From: an uncultured Clostridia bacterium
GTDB lineage: Bacteria; Bacillota; Clostridia; TANB77; CAG-508
Direction: 5' to 3'
Assembly (NCBI GenBank): GCA_947630445.1
Contig: CANRHQ010000002.1
Coordinates: 4,233 to 68,232 of the forward strand
Length of the DNA stretch: 64,000 bases
Below are positions 59,528-64,000 of the stretch, in pieces. The notes under the pieces are model-generated. The model was given only the letters and a program-made list of their open reading frames with translations, ran no database searches and was not told the DNA's origin. The position numbers and the translations under genes were made by a program. Position 1 is the stretch's first letter. Every line of letters starts with the position of its first letter.

Positions 59528-61207
59528 TTAATCAATATATATAACTTGTGCTGTTACAATTGTTCCATTTTTTAATACTATTTCTGCCGTTTTTATTGAA
59601 ACATCTATATCATCAGATGATACTGTAGGTGCACTACCTGTAAAACGATATGGATGAGTTCCATAATTTACTACTTTAAAATCATTAAAGTTTTTTCCAT
59701 CTCTTGTTATTTTTACAGCATATTTAAATGTTGTTGTTTCTTTTTTCATAGCTGTTAATGTTATTACATAATCTGATTTTACTGTTACAGTATATGTTGC
59801 AGATTTTCCGTTTGATGTAGTTGCTGTAATTATTACAGTTCCATCACATACACCTGTAACATTTCCACTTGCATCTACTGTTGCTACCGCATCATTACCA
59901 CTACTCCATGTTACTGTCTTGTTGTTTGCATAAGATGGTTCTACTGTAGCAGTTAATGTAATAGTACCATCAACTTTAACTGTAGTTGGTCCAGAAATTT
60001 TTATTCCAGTTGGATCTGTTGATTTATATCTTACAGTAACAGTAACACTTGCTGATTTATTTCCATCTACAGTTGTTACAGTGATAGTTACTGTTCCTTC
60101 ACTTATACCTGTAACATTTCCATTTGCATCTACTCTTGCTATACCATTATTACTACTACTCCATACAACATTTTTATTTGTTGCATTAGTTGGATTTATA
60201 TTTGCAGTTAATTGTATTACATCTCCTACATACATTTCTCTTGAACTGCTTCCATTAATACTTACACTTGTTACATACACTGTTGATGATCCTGATGGTG
60301 TTGGTGGTGTAGGTGGTGTTGGTGTTGGATTATTTGGTGTAACTTGACTAGAATTATTACCATTATCATTATTGTTTTCACTTGCTTTTATAGTAACTGT
60401 ATATGTTGCTTCATGTCCACCATCTACTGTTGTTGCAGTAATAGTTACTTTTCCTGCTTTTAATCCTGTTACTTTACCATTTTGATCCACTTTTGCTACA
60501 TTCTTATTACTACTACTCCATGTTACACCTTTATTTGTTGCATTATCTGGTGTTACTACTGCTGTTAAATTAATACTATTTCCAATAGTTACTTCTTGTG
60601 GACCACTTATAGAAACTCCTTCTACTTGGACTATTTGATTAGTTACTGTTATAGTACAAGTAGCTACAAAATTTCCATCTTCTGTTGTTACAGTAATAGT
60701 TACTGTTCCTTCTTTAATAGCTTTTACATTACCATTTTCATCTACTACTGCAATACTCTCATCACTAGAAGTCCATATTAATTTAGTAGCCTTTGCGTTT
60801 TCTGGTAATAATGTTGCTACTAAAACTGCACTTCCTCCTGGTGCTAGAGTTACTTCTGTAGCATTTAATGCTACTCCTTCAATTTCCGCATTTCCTAATA
60901 CTGCCCATTCTGCCTTCAATACCATATTATGCTTAACTGGCGTATTAAAATCATATAATTCATCATTATAATACCATCCTGCAAATGTATAACCATCTTT
61001 TGTTGGTGGTTCTGGTTCTTCTATCTTTTTATTCTTCTTTACGACTACAGCTGCAACTTCACTTCCGCCATTGCTATCAAATGTAACATCATATTTTTTA
61101 TTCATAAATAATAATAAAAATATTATAATTAGAAGAAGTAATAATAATATTGCAGAGATAATTATTATTTGTTTTCTATTTTTTTCATCTGAAAGTTCTT
61201 TTTCCAT
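59528..61207 (-). CDS. Membrane-anchored surface protein: Flg_new repeat, four Big_2 Ig-like domains, Pro/Thr linker
   Basis: TM IIIISAILLLLLLIIIFLLLF. DGYTFAGWYYNDELYDFNTPVKHNMVLKAEW. Four units of the type V..V.L....V.L..G......A.V.P.NA.NK.V.WSSS....A.VD.NG.V.....G...ITA. Confidence 0.85.
   Translation of the reverse strand: MEKELSDEKNRKQIIIISAILLLLLLIIIFLLLFMNKKYDVTFDSNGGSEVAAVVVKKNKKIEEPEPPTKDGYTFAGWYYNDELYDFNTPVKHNMVLKAEWAVLGNAEIEGVALNATEVTLAPGGSAVLVATLLPENAKATKLIWTSSDESIAVVDENGNVKAIKEGTVTITVTTEDGNFVATCTITVTNQIVQVEGVSISGPQEVTIGNSINLTAVVTPDNATNKGVTWSSSNKNVAKVDQNGKVTGLKAGKVTITATTVDGGHEATYTVTIKASENNNDNGNNSSQVTPNNPTPTPPTPPTPSGSSTVYVTSVSINGSSSREMYVGDVIQLTANINPTNATNKNVVWSSSNNGIARVDANGNVTGISEGTVTITVTTVDGNKSASVTVTVRYKSTDPTGIKISGPTTVKVDGTITLTATVEPSYANNKTVTWSSGNDAVATVDASGNVTGVCDGTVIITATTSNGKSATYTVTVKSDYVITLTAMKKETTTFKYAVKITRDGKNFNDFKVVNYGTHPYRFTGSAPTVSSDDIDVSIKTAEIVLKNGTIVTAQVIYID
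60297..60328 (-). repeat. Low-complexity Pro/Thr linker coding repeat
   Basis: The plus strand ggtgttggtggtgtaggtggtgttggtgttgg encodes PTPTPPTPPTP on the minus strand. Confidence 0.8.
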
Positions 61208-61329
61208 AAACTTTTCTCATTTCTCCTTTCTTTTTTATTATATTATGCTAATTAATATTGTATTAACAATATCACCTCCTATAAGGTTTGAGTTTTAAAC
61301 AGGACTAAAACTATACCTTTTAATTCAAA

Positions 61330-61360
61330 AAGGATATATAATTATTAGTTATATATCCTT
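61330..61360 (-). terminator. Terminator-like hairpin inside the leader of the surface-protein operon
   Basis: 11-bp perfect stem aaggatatata/tatatatcctt with a 9-nt loop, followed on the minus strand by TTTTTGAATT. About 120 nt upstream of the Big_2 gene ATG. Confidence 0.5.
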
Positions 61361-61382
61361 GTATTTAATTTTATATGTATTT

Positions 61383-61463
61383 TTAATACAAGAAATAACC
61401 TGATATATAAATATTAATATTATTTTTCTGCCTTATATTTTTCGATTTGGAGGTATTTTTCAT
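61383..61463 (-). CDS. Possible 26-codon leader/mini-ORF
   Basis: MKNTSKSKNIRQKNNINIYISGYFLY*. GAAGGGAAG lies 5 nt upstream, and the ORF ends 22 nt before the hairpin. Weak evidence; it could be non-coding. Confidence 0.25.
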   Translation of the reverse strand: MKNTSKSKNIRQKNNINIYISGYFLY

Positions 61464-61516
61464 ATAATCTTCCCTTCATAATAATTGTATATAGTCATTT
61501 CTCATACTTAATATAT

Positions 61517-61545
61517 ATTGTATCATCTTTTGTTTGCAAAATCAA
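61517..61545 (-). promoter_or_regulatory. Sigma-A promoter (extended -10) heading the surface-operon leader
   Basis: Minus strand reads TTGATT (61545-61540), 17 nt ending in TG-a, then TACAAT (61522-61517). Confidence 0.55.
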
Positions 61546-61699
61546 CAATATTAATCATTATTTTTTACAATTTTCGATGAATTTACAAATTTTTTTAGCC
61601 CATAATTATTTTATCTTTAAAATTGGCATTTGTCAACAACTATTATTAATTTTTTTAATAAAATTAATAAAAAAATGGAATAATTTTTAAGGGGTATAT

Positions 61700-61981
61700 A
61701 TGGAATTATCTGATGCTTTAAAAATGCGAATTCTTAATTTAATATCTGAACGCAATATCAATGTTTCAAAACTTAGTACATTAGCTGGAATATCTCGTTC
61801 AACTTTGTCTAAATTTCTGTCTGGCAAAAGAAAATATATTAGAATTCAAATTATAGAATATATCTGCGAAGCATTAGATATAAAACTTACAGATTTCTTC
61901 AATGACAGTATATTTGATGATATTTATGTAGATGATAATTCTGAAAGAGATTCTCAAAAACGTAAAAATACAGCTAAATAA
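61700..61981 (+). CDS. XRE-family helix-turn-helix transcriptional regulator
   Basis: 93 aa; NVSKLSTLAGISRSTLSKFLSGKR HTH; AAGGGG RBS. It is the only supportable plus-strand gene in the window. Confidence 0.85.
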   Translation: MELSDALKMRILNLISERNINVSKLSTLAGISRSTLSKFLSGKRKYIRIQIIEYICEALDIKLTDFFNDSIFDDIYVDDNSERDSQKRKNTAK

Positions 61982-61997
61982 AAATGTTAGCTGTATT
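61967..61997. terminator. Bidirectional terminator between the convergent XRE gene and uvrB
   Basis: 11-bp perfect stem aatacagctaa/ttagctgtatt, flanked by an A-run and a T-run. The XRE stop codon lies in the loop. Confidence 0.65.
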
Positions 61998-61998
61998 T

Positions 61999-63955
61999 TT
62001 ATATTATTTTTTCTAATTCTTTAATTTTATCTCTTAATTCTGCTGCCTTTTCAAACTCCATCCTACTAGCATATTCTAGCATTTCATCAGTTAATCTATT
62101 TATTGTTTCTTTAATATCTTCTTCTTTTTCTAGTTTATATTCTACACCAATATTTTCTGTTTGAATTGCCTTTATTGAATCTCTTACAGATTTCTTTATT
62201 GTCTGTGGAATTATATTATGTTCTTTATTATATGCTTCTTGTATGCTTCTTCTCCTATTAGTTTCTTTTATAGCCTTTTCCATTGACTCTGTCAATTCAT
62301 CAGCATACATTATAACTGTTCCTTCAGTATTTCTTGCTGCCCTTCCTATAGTTTGTATTAATGAACGTTCTGAGCGTAAAAATCCTTCTTTATCAGCATC
62401 TAATATAGCTACTAAAGAAACCTCTGGTATGTCAAGCCCTTCCCTTAAAAGATTTATTCCTACTAATACATCAAATTCTCCTAATCTTAAATTTCTTATT
62501 ATTTCCATTCTTTCTAATGCTTTTATATCTGAATGCATATAATTTACCCTTATATCTAAACTTTTTAAATATTCTGTTAAATCTTCTGCCATTTTCTTTG
62601 TTAATGTAGTTACTAAAATTCTCTCGTTCTTTTCTACTCTGATTCTTATTTGTTCTAATAAATCATCAATTTGATTTGTTACTGGTCTAACTTCTATTTT
62701 AGGATCTAATAATCCTGTTGGTCTTATTATTTGTTCAACAACATTATCTCCTGAATGTTCTTTTTCATATTCAGCAGGTGTAGCACTTACGAATATAACT
62801 TGATTTATTCTCTCTTCAAATTCATTGAACATTAATGGTCTATTGTCAAATGCAGAAGGTAATCTAAAACCATATTTAACTAATGATTCTTTTCTTGCTC
62901 TATCACCATTATACATTGCCCTTACTTGTGGTATTGTTGCATGTGATTCGTCTATTAATAATAAAAAATCTTCTGGAAAATAATCAAATAATGTGTATGG
63001 AGGACTTCCTGGTTCTCTACCGCTCATATGCCTAGAATAGTTTTCAATTCCTTGACAAAATCCTGTTTCTTTCATCATTTCTAAGTCAAAATTAGTTCTT
63101 TCTTCTATACGTTGTGCTTCTATAAGTTTATTTTGCTTTTTAAAATACTCTACTCTTTCTTCCATTTCTTGTTCTATTGTTATCATTGCTCTTTCCATTT
63201 TTTCACTAGATGTTACATAATGTGAATTTGGGAAAATCATTACATGTTGTCTTGTTCCTATTGATTTACCTGTTAATGGATTTATTTCACTTATTTTTTC
63301 TATCTCATCTCCCCAAAATTCTACTCTTATCGCAGATTCTCCTTTATCTGATGGATATATTTCTGCTATGTCTCCTTTAGCTCTAAATGTTCCTCTTTTA
63401 AAGTCTATTTCATTTCTTGTATATTGCATTTTTACTAATTTTTTCAAAACGCTGTCTCTTGATATTTGCATTCCTGGTCTTAATGATACTATCATATTTT
63501 CATAATCAATAGGATCTCCCAAACCATATATACATGATACTGATGCTACTACTATTACATCTCTAGTTTCAAATAATGATGCTGTAGCCGAATGTCTTAA
63601 TTTATCTATTTCATCATTTATTGATGCATCTTTTTCAATATATGTATCTGATTGTGCTATATAGCTTTCTGGTTGATAATAATCATAATAAGATACAAAA
63701 TATTCTACATTGTTTTCTGGAAAAAATTCTTTAAATTCACTATATAATTGCCCTGCTAATGTTTTATTATGTGCTAAAACTAATGTTGGTCTCTGTACTT
63801 TTTCAATTATATTTGCCATTGTGAATGTTTTTCCGAGAACCTGTAACCCCAAGTAAAGTCTGGAATTTCTTTCCCTCTTTTATTCCATTACTTAAATATT
63901 CTATTGCTTGTGGCTGGTCGCCAGTTGGCTTATAATCTGAATGTAATTTAAACAT
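61999..63955 (-). pseudogene. uvrB: Excinuclease ABC subunit B with a 1-nt insertion in the Walker A codons
   Basis: The ATG at 63955 gives [40 protein letters not shown], and the frame is then lost. The rest ([27 protein letters not shown]…YYDYYQPE…) is in the +1 frame. The extra base is at 63835 (ggt tct C gga aaa aca). The track ORF begins at an internal TTG. Confidence 0.9.
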
Positions 63956-64000
63956 ATTATTCCCTTTCTTTATCTTTTTCATCTACAGAAATTAAAAACA

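Noticed and set aside
59509-59535. The TTG-initiated extension (MIKIKGGKR) of the giant protein ORF.
   Set aside because: The stretch contains the GGAGGG RBS for the ATG at 59508, which begins a textbook signal peptide. The extension also overlaps the upstream gene's stop.
22136-61998. Mobile-element hallmarks (integrase, transposase, IS ends, att-type direct repeats, a tRNA target) for either accessory island.
   Set aside because: I recognised no such gene and no tRNA. The only boundary similarities are short AT-rich strings such as TTTTTATATT, which are not significant.

Overview
This 64-kb window comes from a very AT-rich, endospore-forming Firmicute, probably Clostridia-like (my line counts give about 17-30% G+C in ordinary stretches). 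I did not identify the taxon further.

Coding density is high. Every supportable gene except one small XRE regulator lies on the minus strand.

Most of the window is core housekeeping:
- queuosine genes tgt, queA and queH
- a T-box-controlled DUF1653-ileS unit
- rplU-rpmA
- a four-subunit 2-oxoacid:ferredoxin oxidoreductase
- efp, a Xaa-Pro peptidase, a prepilin peptidase, yqeG and polA
- ruvB, spoIID, an M23 peptidase and spoIIAA-spoIIAB-sigF
- mutS, miaB, addA, pnp, rpsO, recN, uvrA and uvrB

I saw no rRNA, tRNA, CRISPR array, transposase, integrase or reverse transcriptase.

Five accessory or odd parts stand out:
1. A ~3.5-kb decayed defence-type islet at 22.1-25.7 kb. It holds an orphan 466-aa protein with a C-terminal HEPN-like Rx4H motif, an intact RhuM-family gene, DUF1016 nuclease remnants, gene-fragment scars and a thrice-repeated junction element.
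2. A ~9-kb island at 53.0-62.0 kb that splits the normally adjacent uvrB and uvrA. It carries a lone plus-strand XRE gene, a long leader with a terminator, a Big_2 surface protein, a ~2000-aa modular beta-helix surface protein broken by a frameshift, and a GC-rich orphan gene.
3. A compositionally atypical membrane-anchored FGE-sulfatase-domain protein between the oxidoreductase operon and rplU.
4. A tryptophan-heptad repeat protein, and a transglutaminase-like membrane protein inserted between queA and tgt.
5. Four reading-frame disruptions, in uvrB, the giant surface gene, the L,D-transpeptidase gene and DUF1016. These are either genuine decay or assembly indels.

All functional calls rest on motifs I recognise by eye. 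No database search was run.
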